Source: Bacteroidales bacterium
Lineage (GTDB): Bacteria; Bacteroidota; Bacteroidia; Bacteroidales; FEN-979
Reading direction: 5' to 3'
DNA: 64,000 nt
Assembly: GCA_035403225.1 (NCBI GenBank)
Contig: DAONET010000004.1
Coordinates: forward strand, 12,552 to 76,551
This document shows, one piece after another, positions 44,676-53,438 of the stretch. A program made the translations under genes and the position numbers. The notes under the pieces were generated by a model, which was given only the letters and a program-made list of their open reading frames with translations, was not told the origin of the DNA and did no database searches. The first letter of the stretch is position 1, and each line of letters opens with the position of its first letter.

Positions 44676-46415
44676 ATGGAAAAACACTGGGTACTGAAAC
44701 CTCAGGGGGATCCGGAAACAGTTAAACGGATCGCCGGGGAACTGAATATCGACCGGTACCTTGCAACCCTGTTGGTTCAAAGAGGCATTCGTTCATACGG
44801 GGAGGCAAAATCTTTTTTCAGACCAAAAATTGAAGATCTGCATGACCCGTTCCTGATGAAGGACATGGACAAAGCCATTGAGCGTATCAGCAGGGCATTG
44901 CAAAACGGGGAAAAGATCCTGGTATATGGTGATTACGATGTGGATGGAACCACTGCTGTTTCACTCGTTTATCTCTTCTTCAGAAATTATTCCGGCCAGA
45001 TTGATTATTATATCCCGGACAGGTATACCGAAGGATACGGGATATCCATCCGGAGTATTGATTTTGCGGCTGAGCAGGGTTTTTCGCTGGTGATCGCATT
45101 GGATTGCGGGATTAAGGCAGTGGAAAAGATTCAGTATGCCAACTCCAAAGGGATTGATTTTATCATTTGTGATCATCACCGTCCGGGAAGCACGCTTCCT
45201 GAAGCTTGTGCTGTCCTCGATCCAAAGAGAAGTGACTGTCCTTACCCTTATAAGGAGCTTTCGGGCTGTGGCATCGGATTCAAACTTATCCAGGCGTATG
45301 GCCTGAAAACGGGGATCGATTTTGATGAACTGAGGATATATCTCGACCTGGTTGCGGTCAGCATCGCTTCCGATATCGTTGACATGACCGGCGAAAACCG
45401 GATTCTGGCTTACTTTGGTCTTGGTTTGATCAACACGCATCCGCGTCCGGGCATCGAAGCGATTCTTCAATACGGCGGGATCGAACGAAGCTCGTCGAAA
45501 GGAGGTCTTTTCTTCAATAAAGAACTGACTATTACCGACCTTGTCTTCCTCATTGGACCCAGAATCAATGCGGCCGGACGGATAGAGAACGGGCGGAATT
45601 CGGTTCGACTGCTCATTTCCGATAACCTGGAAGAGGCCCGGACCATTGGCAGGCAGATCGACCTTTACAATACGGAGCGGAAGAACCTGGATACCCTGGC
45701 CACGCAACAGGCGCTGGAGATGATCAGCAATGATCCGAACCTGAAAAATGCGCGTTCTACCGTTATCTTTCATCCCGACTGGCACAAAGGGGTGATCGGG
45801 ATTGTAGCTTCCCGCCTCACCGAGACCTATTACCGTCCCACGATCGTCCTTACCCAGGCTAACGGTTTGATCACCGGATCGGCCCGATCAGTCAAGGATT
45901 TTGACGTGTACGATGCAATCGATACATGCAGTGACCTGCTCGAGCATTTCGGGGGCCATAAATTTGCGGCCGGGCTTTCCCTGAAACCGGAGAAACTGGA
46001 TCTTTTTCGCAAACGATTTGAAGAGACCGTAGCCGAGCGCCTGAAAGGGATTGAGTTGAAGCCGGAGATCGAGGTTGATGTAGAACTTCCTTTTTCTGTC
46101 ATCAACTCGAAATTTTTCAACATCATGAAGCAGTTCTCGCCCTTCGGACCGGGAAATATGCCACCGATGTTTCGTACCGACGGGGTGATCGATGCAGAAG
46201 GGAGCAGGGTAGTAGGGAAGAATCACCTGAAACTGAATATTGCCCATCCGGAGATTCCCGGTGGACCATTCGCGGGAATCGCCTTCCAGCAGGGAGAACA
46301 TATCTGGAAGATCGAAAAGAAGATCCCCTTTAATATCTGCTATCACCTGGAAGAGAACGAATGGAACGGGAACAAATCACTCCAACTGAACGTCAAGGAT
46401 ATACGGTTTGATTAG
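44676..46415 (+). CDS. recJ: Single-stranded-DNA-specific exonuclease RecJ
   Basis: DHH motifs (VYGDYDVDGTT, DCG, ICDHH) and a DHHA1 motif (GGHKFAAG) are present. Length is 579 aa. Confidence 0.9.
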   Translation: MEKHWVLKPQGDPETVKRIAGELNIDRYLATLLVQRGIRSYGEAKSFFRPKIEDLHDPFLMKDMDKAIERISRALQNGEKILVYGDYDVDGTTAVSLVYLFFRNYSGQIDYYIPDRYTEGYGISIRSIDFAAEQGFSLVIALDCGIKAVEKIQYANSKGIDFIICDHHRPGSTLPEACAVLDPKRSDCPYPYKELSGCGIGFKLIQAYGLKTGIDFDELRIYLDLVAVSIASDIVDMTGENRILAYFGLGLINTHPRPGIEAILQYGGIERSSSKGGLFFNKELTITDLVFLIGPRINAAGRIENGRNSVRLLISDNLEEARTIGRQIDLYNTERKNLDTLATQQALEMISNDPNLKNARSTVIFHPDWHKGVIGIVASRLTETYYRPTIVLTQANGLITGSARSVKDFDVYDAIDTCSDLLEHFGGHKFAAGLSLKPEKLDLFRKRFEETVAERLKGIELKPEIEVDVELPFSVINSKFFNIMKQFSPFGPGNMPPMFRTDGVIDAEGSRVVGKNHLKLNIAHPEIPGGPFAGIAFQQGEHIWKIEKKIPFNICYHLEENEWNGNKSLQLNVKDIRFD

Positions 46416-47434
46416 GATTTACGATCGCCGAAGCAGATCCCTATTTTCCGTGCTTTCTCAATGAGGGTGTGATCCAACGGCACCAGCCTCAGTTTTCCTC
46501 CCACTTCGCTCAAAGGCAGTGAGGTCACGTCATTGGCATTCAGACAAACCATTTCCCCGAACTTTCTCCGGGCGATCAGTTCCACGGCATAGGCTCCAAA
46601 CCGGGTAGCCAGAATACGGTCCATCCCGGAGGGACTGCCTCCGCGCTGGATGTAGCCGAGAATCGTTTCACGTGTCTCCAGCCCGGTCAGTTCTTCAATA
46701 GTCCTGGCGATATAATGGCCCGCTTTTTCACCTTTCGGACAGGGAATGCCTTCGGCAACGACAACGATGGAATAAGGCTTTTTATCGAGCGCCCTTTTTT
46801 TCAGGCAGCGGGCAACAATACCGATTTCAAAAGGTATCTCGGGAATGAGGATCACATCTCCTCCACCGGCCATCCCCGAATAGAGCGCCAACCATCCCGC
46901 ATGATGTCCCATCACCTCGATCACCATGATCCGTTTGTGGCTGTTGGCCGTGGTATGGAGCCGGTCGAGCGCTTCGGTGATGATGGTCAGCGCCGAGTCA
47001 AAACCAAAAGTGACATCCGTTCCCCACACATCGTTATCGATGGTCTTGGGAATACCGATGATGTTCAGCCCTTCTTCAGCCAGTTGGGCGCAGGTTCGCT
47101 GGGTGCCGTTGCCGCCGATACAGACCAGGGCGTCGAAGCCCATCTCCTGGTAATGCTTTTTGATGATCTGGGGTTTGTCGAAAGAACTCGTTGACTTCCC
47201 CTGTTTGAAAGGGTTCTCGCGCGATGTTCCCAGGATCGTGCCGCCCAGGGTGAGGATCCCTGATAACTGGTTTTCATCAAGCTGAACAAACTCTTTGTTG
47301 ATCAGACCAAGAAACCCGGAGGAGATCCCAAACACTTCCATCCCATATTCCAGGATAGCTGTTTTACCTACTCCGCGAATGGCTGCATTGATACCGGGGC
47401 AATCACCTCCGGCGGTTAATATTCCGATGCGCAT
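46412..47434 (-). CDS. pfk: 6-phosphofructokinase; phosphoryl donor is undetermined from sequence
   Basis: The motifs MRIGILTAGGDCPGINAAIRG, CIGGNGT, PKTIDNDV, MGHHAGWLAL and GYIQRGG are present. The ATG at 47434 is used because the track TTG at 47458 lies inside the predicted promoter box. The stop overlaps the recJ stop (TTAG). Confidence 0.88.
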   Translation of the reverse strand: MRIGILTAGGDCPGINAAIRGVGKTAILEYGMEVFGISSGFLGLINKEFVQLDENQLSGILTLGGTILGTSRENPFKQGKSTSSFDKPQIIKKHYQEMGFDALVCIGGNGTQRTCAQLAEEGLNIIGIPKTIDNDVWGTDVTFGFDSALTIITEALDRLHTTANSHKRIMVIEVMGHHAGWLALYSGMAGGGDVILIPEIPFEIGIVARCLKKRALDKKPYSIVVVAEGIPCPKGEKAGHYIARTIEELTGLETRETILGYIQRGGSPSGMDRILATRFGAYAVELIARRKFGEMVCLNANDVTSLPLSEVGGKLRLVPLDHTLIEKARKIGICFGDRKS

Positions 47435-47455
47435 GGCTTCTGGATTAACTGGCTT

Positions 47456-47463
47456 CAAAATTA
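47456..47463 (-). promoter_or_regulatory. Bacteroidota-type -7 box (TAATTTTG on the minus strand)
   Basis: The plus strand reads caaaatta. It lies 22 nt upstream of the pfk ATG at 47434. Confidence 0.42.
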
Positions 47464-47708
47464 CAGAAAACCAGCGGTTCCATTTATGTTTTTTTTTCGT
47501 GGATTATCGGATAATGAACTTCAGGACATCGGTTCGTTCTCCATCGTTCCAAAGAAGAATGTACAAACCCGGCTTCATCGGATATGAACATCCTGTCATA
47601 ATAAGATATCTGATTGATTCCCAAGACAAAAGGACTAATAATTGCCTTGAAATTTTGTTCAGGGTTTTCCGAAAATTCGTCAGAAAACCGGCAGGAGGAA
47701 AAAGCAGA

Positions 47709-48605
47709 TTACTTCAGTTCGAAGGTCCCGCTCCCAATCTCTGTTTCATCGGTATAAACCTTAACGGTATAGCGGCCTTTCATGGCAGGTTTATCCGCAT
47801 CTTTTTTAGTCCAGTTCACGCAAAGATTCATGGCTTTTCCCTGGTAGTTGAAATCTTCGCGGATGCTGAAGGGGATGGTTTGTCCGTTAAAAGTGAAGGT
47901 GTCGTATTTGCTCTTGATCACCACGACATTATCAGGACGGGTGATGCAGATATAGACTGAATGTTTCCCGGTTTCAACAAGCGGGTTTTCGCCGATAGTG
48001 AAGCAAACGCGCAGGCGGTCGGTACGGTTGGCTTTGTCGGTCGGGGTCTCTTTTTCCCCGGCTTTCACCCGGTAAGCAATCACCGTCACATTATATGCAC
48101 GGAGGATAGCGGCGCTGTTCATTTTCTGAGTGAGGACTTCTTTATCTTTCACCAACGCCTGGTTTTTGGATTGTTCAGTGCGTACATCTTCCCGTATACG
48201 TGCGTTTTCCTCTGTCAGCGCCCGGTTGGCGGTATACAGCGAATCAATCTGGTGTACATATCCCTGGGCTATTTTCTGGAGCATACCGATCCGTTTGCGC
48301 ACTTTATTATATTCCCACTCGGTATCGAGCAGCCGGCGTATCTCTGTTGCGTTGGCCTGGATGATACTGTCTTTTACAGACAGTGAATCAGAGAGGCTCC
48401 CGTAGGCGGCTTTAATGGTATTGTGTTCAGTCATCAACGAGTCGAGTTCATGCTGAAGTTCGATTTTGTCGGCTTCTTTTTCTTTCACCAGCTTCATCAG
48501 GTGTGATCGCTGGATAAACAACCAGAAAAGAAGTGCCAGAACAATCAGAATGAAAATCCCGGCATAGATCTTTAATTTTCTGGAGGAAGTGTTCTGTCCG
48601 TCCAT
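47709..48605 (-). CDS. Hypothetical membrane-anchored coiled-coil protein with a beta-rich C-terminal domain
   Basis: There is one N-terminal TM segment (IYAGIFILIVLALLFWLFI). About 150 aa of heptad-like, E/K/L/Q-rich sequence follows, then about 110 aa of alternating-pattern sequence. I recognise no family. Confidence 0.55.
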   Translation of the reverse strand: MDGQNTSSRKLKIYAGIFILIVLALLFWLFIQRSHLMKLVKEKEADKIELQHELDSLMTEHNTIKAAYGSLSDSLSVKDSIIQANATEIRRLLDTEWEYNKVRKRIGMLQKIAQGYVHQIDSLYTANRALTEENARIREDVRTEQSKNQALVKDKEVLTQKMNSAAILRAYNVTVIAYRVKAGEKETPTDKANRTDRLRVCFTIGENPLVETGKHSVYICITRPDNVVVIKSKYDTFTFNGQTIPFSIREDFNYQGKAMNLCVNWTKKDADKPAMKGRYTVKVYTDETEIGSGTFELK

Positions 48606-48720
48606 AGAATGAATTTTTTATATTTTGCAAATATAACAAAAACCGAATTTTTTGGTTCATTTTTCCTGAGAAACCAACACGGGCTTCTCTAATTTTTAAA
48701 GATCAGATGAAGGATTTCGT

Positions 48721-48755
48721 AAAAAAAGAAGCCGGATATCAGGATACCCGGCTTC
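48721..48755 (-). terminator. Rho-independent terminator after the C69 dipeptidase gene
   Basis: The minus strand reads GAAGCCGGgTAT-cct-gATATCCGGCTTC followed by TTTTTTT. It lies 56 nt downstream of the stop at 48811. Confidence 0.62.
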
Positions 48756-48810
48756 TTTTCTGTTTTAGTGTTTATTTTCAGATTACCGGATGTACCGGTG
48801 ATCAGGAGGA

Positions 48811-50496
48811 TTAATTTTTCGGGGTCAGGTCTTTAATTTGCTCACCATGTTCGCGAACGATCTCGCGGAGCCACCATTCCGGGTAACCCGGTTGTGAAGG
48901 CATCACGGCTACACCATAACCATTGTCTTCAAATTTCCCGTCTTTTTCCTTTTTGATGTTCCCGTCGTGGTATTTCACCAAGAGGTACTCGCCCAGTTTT
49001 TTCCAGGCAGCGACAGTAGCATTACCGGCTTTCACAGAGTAGTCGGTCAGATAAGCAACGGCTTTCTTAGGATCGCTGTTATACAGGGCCAGGGCTTCCT
49101 TATCTACGGTAGTCATGTTGTCGATGTATTTCAGTTCGAGTTCACGCTGAACTTTCTGAATATCCTTGATCATGTAATTGTATTTTGTGTAAGCCCAGTT
49201 AGAAACAAAGGTAAAGGTCCAGAAAGCAGAAGTGGGGCTGTATTCGAGCATGTTACCGTTTCCTACGGCAAAGGTTTCGGGGACTTTGGTCATGCTGGAG
49301 TACATCGGGCTGAAGACCGTGGTATAGGTGTCGTCAACACCGAACCAATGGATTCCTCCGATAGCGTCGGGCATCCAACTGCGTCCCTGCGAGACGAACA
49401 CAAAACCGGTCTGCTGGGTGGAAGTGGCGCGTTCATGAACATACGCAACACTGTCGACTTCCCAGGTCATCGGACGCCAGCGGTAAGGGCACTGGAACGG
49501 GCCACCGCCGATATCGTTGTTCATATCCATCGGTGTTCCTTCATAATGGTCGCGCATGAATTCCATCATGTCGTGAATGGAGATCTTTTTGTCGGGTTTG
49601 ATCCACAGGGGCATGCGGTTAATGGCATAACCGTGTTTGCCCGTTTTGATTTTTCCCATGGCGTAATCAACATATTGCCCCATGTCTTTATTGGCACGGT
49701 TGAAGAAAGCCCATACGCGGGCTTCGCAGGCACGGGCGCCGCTGAAAGTCACGGGATTATAAGTATCGGAAAAGCTGAATTCATTGTCAGGCCCCGAATA
49801 CCATCCTTTTGCACGGGCAAAAGTGATCACGTCCTTGGCATAAAGGCAGTTTTCAGGATCATTCAACGGGAAAGTGGTGATACGTGCCTGGTTGGCATGA
49901 CCGCAGATATATCCGTCGGGGATACGAAGTGCTACCCAAACAGCGCCTTTTTCTCCTTCACCTTTTCCAATGATCTCCATAATCCACACTTCATTCTTAT
50001 CCATGATGGAGAACGATTCGCCTTCGGAAGCATATCCGTACTTTCCCATCAGGTCGGCAATGACATTGATGGCTTCACGGGCGGAAGCAGAACGCTGCAA
50101 GCCGATGTAGATCAGGCTGCCATAGTCCATGATGGCGCCTTTCTGATGAAAGAGTTCTTCCCGGCCGCCATAAGTGGTCTCACCGATGGAAACCTGATGC
50201 TCGTTCATGTTCCCGACTACCGAATAGGTATGACGGATCTGAGGGATCTTTCCCAGGGGCTTGCCTGTATCCCATTCGATAATATCCTGCATGGCGCCTT
50301 CAGGGTAGTCGGCCGCAGGACGGAAATAAAGTTCCCCGTACAGCACATGAGAGTCGGCAGAGTACGAGATAAAAGTGGAACCGTCAGCAGAGGCTCCTTT
50401 TGTTACCAGGAAATTGGTACATGCACCGGCATTCATTACAGGTCCCAATATCAGAACCAACGCCGCCAATGCAGTGATGACCAGAGTTCTTTTCAT
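48811..50496 (-). CDS. C69-family dipeptidase (Ntn-hydrolase with an N-terminal Cys nucleophile), secreted
   Basis: A signal peptide is followed directly by the family-typical 'ACTNFLVTKGASADGSTFISYSADSH' with the nucleophile Cys. Length is 561 aa. Confidence 0.8.
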   Translation of the reverse strand: MKRTLVITALAALVLILGPVMNAGACTNFLVTKGASADGSTFISYSADSHVLYGELYFRPAADYPEGAMQDIIEWDTGKPLGKIPQIRHTYSVVGNMNEHQVSIGETTYGGREELFHQKGAIMDYGSLIYIGLQRSASAREAINVIADLMGKYGYASEGESFSIMDKNEVWIMEIIGKGEGEKGAVWVALRIPDGYICGHANQARITTFPLNDPENCLYAKDVITFARAKGWYSGPDNEFSFSDTYNPVTFSGARACEARVWAFFNRANKDMGQYVDYAMGKIKTGKHGYAINRMPLWIKPDKKISIHDMMEFMRDHYEGTPMDMNNDIGGGPFQCPYRWRPMTWEVDSVAYVHERATSTQQTGFVFVSQGRSWMPDAIGGIHWFGVDDTYTTVFSPMYSSMTKVPETFAVGNGNMLEYSPTSAFWTFTFVSNWAYTKYNYMIKDIQKVQRELELKYIDNMTTVDKEALALYNSDPKKAVAYLTDYSVKAGNATVAAWKKLGEYLLVKYHDGNIKKEKDGKFEDNGYGVAVMPSQPGYPEWWLREIVREHGEQIKDLTPKN

Positions 50497-50542
50497 ATCT
50501 GTGTTTTTTAGTTTATTGAATCCACATGGAATCAGGATAGTA

Positions 50543-50550
50543 CAAAGGTA
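50543..50550 (-). promoter_or_regulatory. Bacteroidota-type -7 box (TACCTTTG on the minus strand)
   Basis: The plus strand reads caaaggta. It lies 47 nt upstream of the ATG at 50496. Confidence 0.4.
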
Positions 50551-50603
50551 AAAAAAATCCGTGGAATGAACTTCACCGTAAAAGATTCTTCACAAGAATA
50601 CGT

Positions 50604-50611
50604 TACTTTTG
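50604..50611 (+). promoter_or_regulatory. Bacteroidota-type -7 box (TACTTTTG)
   Basis: It lies 19 nt upstream of the ATG at 50631. It is divergent from the 50543-50550 box. Confidence 0.42.
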
Positions 50612-50630
50612 TTACATCGAAACAACCCTT

Positions 50631-51359
50631 ATGATCAGACGTACCGGCTTTATTCTGATTCTTGCGCTTCTGACTTCTGCCTTGAATGCCCAGACGGAAA
50701 ACAGGGATACTGTGACCAACGCTAAATCGAGGATCATCATCAATGCCTCCGGCGCATGGTCCATTGCCATGGGCAAGTACCAGACAACTACCACTACCGA
50801 CGAATATGCAGGATATGCTTCCGACGGTTTCATAGGCCAGGTTGGAATTAACTGGATCGGCAAACATGAACTGGGCCTTGGAGTTACCTATGTGTTCCAG
50901 CACAACGGATTCCAGAAAAAAGCGGAGAATATCTGCCCTCCCGGTCAGGATTATCTGGGTTCCGGGGGATGGAATAACCATTATTTCCTTGCCGGCCCGG
51001 TATACATCAAAGAATTTGGACGGATAAGCATGGATATTTCCGTTTTAGGTGGCTTTGTCCTCTCCACAGGCACGATATTTTCCTTAGAAGTCCCCGATAC
51101 CCTCCATCCGTATGTTTCATCCGGAACAGGGTTCGGTTTCGGATTTCAGGCTAAGGCTTACGCCGGGTACCGGATTAGCAAAAAAGTATTCATTACGGCC
51201 GGGATCAGTTATCTGGGAGGAACTCCTTCAAGATCAAAGAGTTTTTATACTTTAGTGCAAGATCCCAACGTGGGATGGACCTACGTCGGAAGTGAAACAG
51301 TCATCAAAAAGAAGATTTCTACCATAAATCCCGGAGTGGGTGTCATGATCAAACTATAA
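50631..51359 (+). CDS. Hypothetical secreted protein, a putative outer-membrane beta-barrel
   Basis: Signal peptide is ...LTSALNA|QT. The rest shows repeated alternating hydrophobic/G-rich strands (GFGFGFQAKAYAGYRI, FITAGISYLGG). I recognise no family. Confidence 0.5.
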   Translation: MIRRTGFILILALLTSALNAQTENRDTVTNAKSRIIINASGAWSIAMGKYQTTTTTDEYAGYASDGFIGQVGINWIGKHELGLGVTYVFQHNGFQKKAENICPPGQDYLGSGGWNNHYFLAGPVYIKEFGRISMDISVLGGFVLSTGTIFSLEVPDTLHPYVSSGTGFGFGFQAKAYAGYRISKKVFITAGISYLGGTPSRSKSFYTLVQDPNVGWTYVGSETVIKKKISTINPGVGVMIKL

Positions 51360-51366
51360 ATCCTAC

Positions 51367-52122
51367 ATGAAAAACAAACTTTCCCTGCTGATATTGCTGC
51401 TCACTGCTTCTTCTTTGTCCGCACAGGTCAATGTAAAAGATTCAGCGATTACTGCTCCCATTATCTATGCCAATTATGCGTACCAGTTTCCCGGTGGCGA
51501 TCTGAACCAATTATTCGGATCCAATTCACGCATCGGAGGTGGTTTTTTACTCAAGACAAAAGGTAACTGGCTGCTTGGAGCCGAGGGGAATTATCTCTTC
51601 GGAGGCAACGTGAAGCATCAGGAGACCATGATGATCTGGATCTCGACGCCGGAATGGAACATCATTGATGCCAACGGGATGTTTGCCGATGTGATTTTAT
51701 ACGAAAGAGGATACAGTTTCTACGGTTACTTCGGTAAACTCTTCCCCATCCTGTCACCCAATCCCAACTCGGGATTTACGATCACTGGAGGAGTGGGGTA
51801 CCTTCAGGATAAAATCAGGATCAATAATCCCAACAATACGGCCTACCAACTCAAAGACGACTACCGGAAAGGCTATGACAAACTCAACGGAGGAGTCTCT
51901 TGTACAGGATCGATCGGTTATATGTATCTGAGCAATTCGCGGTTACTGAATTTCTCTGTTGCCTTCGAATTTGTTCAGGCATGGACACACCGGATGCGCG
52001 ATTACAATTTTGACCTGAAAGGGCCTGATCCCGACAACTATTCCTCTCAATTTTACGGTGTTAAAGTATCCTGGTTCATACCGCTCTACACCCGGAAACC
52101 CAAGGAATTTTATCTGTACTGA
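51367..52122 (+). CDS. Hypothetical secreted protein, a putative outer-membrane beta-barrel, translationally coupled to waaA
   Basis: Signal peptide is ...TASSLSA|QV. The sequence is beta-strand-like with an aromatic C-terminus (...KEFYLY). Its TGA shares one nucleotide with the waaA ATG (TGATG). Confidence 0.5.
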   Translation: MKNKLSLLILLLTASSLSAQVNVKDSAITAPIIYANYAYQFPGGDLNQLFGSNSRIGGGFLLKTKGNWLLGAEGNYLFGGNVKHQETMMIWISTPEWNIIDANGMFADVILYERGYSFYGYFGKLFPILSPNPNSGFTITGGVGYLQDKIRINNPNNTAYQLKDDYRKGYDKLNGGVSCTGSIGYMYLSNSRLLNFSVAFEFVQAWTHRMRDYNFDLKGPDPDNYSSQFYGVKVSWFIPLYTRKPKEFYLY

Positions 52123-53438
52123 TGCAGACTCTATACACTTTCAGTATCTTTTTGTATGGATGGGCTGCTCGTCTGGCCGCTCCTTTTCATCCTAAAGTCC
52201 GCTTATGGAAAGAGGGCAGGGATCATCTACTCCGGAAGATCGAACAGGAGATGAGTTCCGTGCCCGCTGAACGCCGCGGGCAAACTGTGTGGTTCCATTG
52301 CGCTTCTCTCGGTGAATTTGAGCAGGGAAGGCCCGTGATGGAAAGAATCCGGGAGTTATATCCTCAGAGCCTGATCATCCTGACATTCTTCTCTCCTTCG
52401 GGTTATGAGATCAGGAAGAAGACACCGGTCGCCGATTTCGTGTGGTACCTGCCGCTCGACACGCCTGCCAATGCCCGCCGTTTTCTTAGTTTGATCAACC
52501 CTTCCATGGCGTTTTTCGTGAAATACGAGTATTGGTTCAACATGCTGAAAGAACTGAAACGGCGTGATATTTCCATCTTCATGGTCTCCGCTGTTTTTCG
52601 CCCCGGACAGCATTTCTTCCGCTGGTACGGGAAATGGTTTCTCAGGCAGTTGAAGAACGTCACCTGGTTTTTTCTTCAGAATGGAGAGGCAAAAGCGTTG
52701 CTGGAGAGTCATGGGATCAAGAACTTTACGGTGACCGGAGATACCCGTTTTGACCGGGTCACGGCCATTGCCGCGAGTCCGGTGGAATACCCTCTCGTGG
52801 AGAAGTTCAGTAAAAACAGCCGTATCCTGATCGCCGGCAGCATCTGGCCTCCCGATGATGCGCTTCTCTTTCCAATGATCGTGAACCGGAAAATCAAACT
52901 AAAATATATCCTGGCACCACACGAAGTACATGAAGCCCGGATTACGTCGCTCATGGAAGGCATCCGTAAGACACCCGGGATGCCTGTCGGACGCGACGCG
53001 ATCGTCCGGTTATCGGAGCTTACCAAAGGGAATGCCTCCAGGGCCAAAGTACTGGTGGTGGATTCCATCGGACAACTGGCCCATCTTTACCGTTATGGAT
53101 CATTCGCCTACGTGGGAGGTGCGTTTGGGGCCGGCCTGCATAATATCCTTGAACCGGTGAGTTTCGGGAAACCGGTTATGTTCGGACCCCGGCACACCAA
53201 ATTTACCGAGGCCGTCGATCTCATCAGGCTGGGAGGCGCCGTGTGCGTGAAGACTCCGGAGGAGGCCAAGGCACTGGTGAAGAGACTCCTTGCCGATCCC
53301 GTTCACTACCAGCACATGTCGGACGTGTGCCGTATCTATTCCGATTCCAACAAGGGAGCCACCTCCCGCATCCTCGATGCGATCCGTTCATACGGATTCA
53401 TGCCACGAGGGTTCAGTCAGACAGAAGTAAAGTCCTGA
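52122..53438 (+). CDS. waaA: 3-deoxy-D-manno-octulosonic acid (Kdo) transferase
   Basis: The KdtA-type N-terminus (VWFHCASLGEFEQGRPV...) and a GT-B C-terminal half (GGAFGAGLHNILEP) are present. Length is 438 aa. Confidence 0.85.
   Translation: MQTLYTFSIFLYGWAARLAAPFHPKVRLWKEGRDHLLRKIEQEMSSVPAERRGQTVWFHCASLGEFEQGRPVMERIRELYPQSLIILTFFSPSGYEIRKKTPVADFVWYLPLDTPANARRFLSLINPSMAFFVKYEYWFNMLKELKRRDISIFMVSAVFRPGQHFFRWYGKWFLRQLKNVTWFFLQNGEAKALLESHGIKNFTVTGDTRFDRVTAIAASPVEYPLVEKFSKNSRILIAGSIWPPDDALLFPMIVNRKIKLKYILAPHEVHEARITSLMEGIRKTPGMPVGRDAIVRLSELTKGNASRAKVLVVDSIGQLAHLYRYGSFAYVGGAFGAGLHNILEPVSFGKPVMFGPRHTKFTEAVDLIRLGGAVCVKTPEEAKALVKRLLADPVHYQHMSDVCRIYSDSNKGATSRILDAIRSYGFMPRGFSQTEVKS

Noticed and set aside
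48967-50511. A 514-aa ORF with no stop codons runs antisense across almost the whole C69 dipeptidase gene.
   Set aside because: The minus-strand product has a signal peptide and the diagnostic Ntn 'ACTNFLV...' dipeptidase opening. It also has a promoter box and a terminator in the correct orientation. The plus-strand product is G/V/H/F/R/D-rich with no recognisable motif, signal or start context. I treat it as a codon-bias shadow ORF. It would be worth revisiting only if Ribo-seq showed plus-strand translation.
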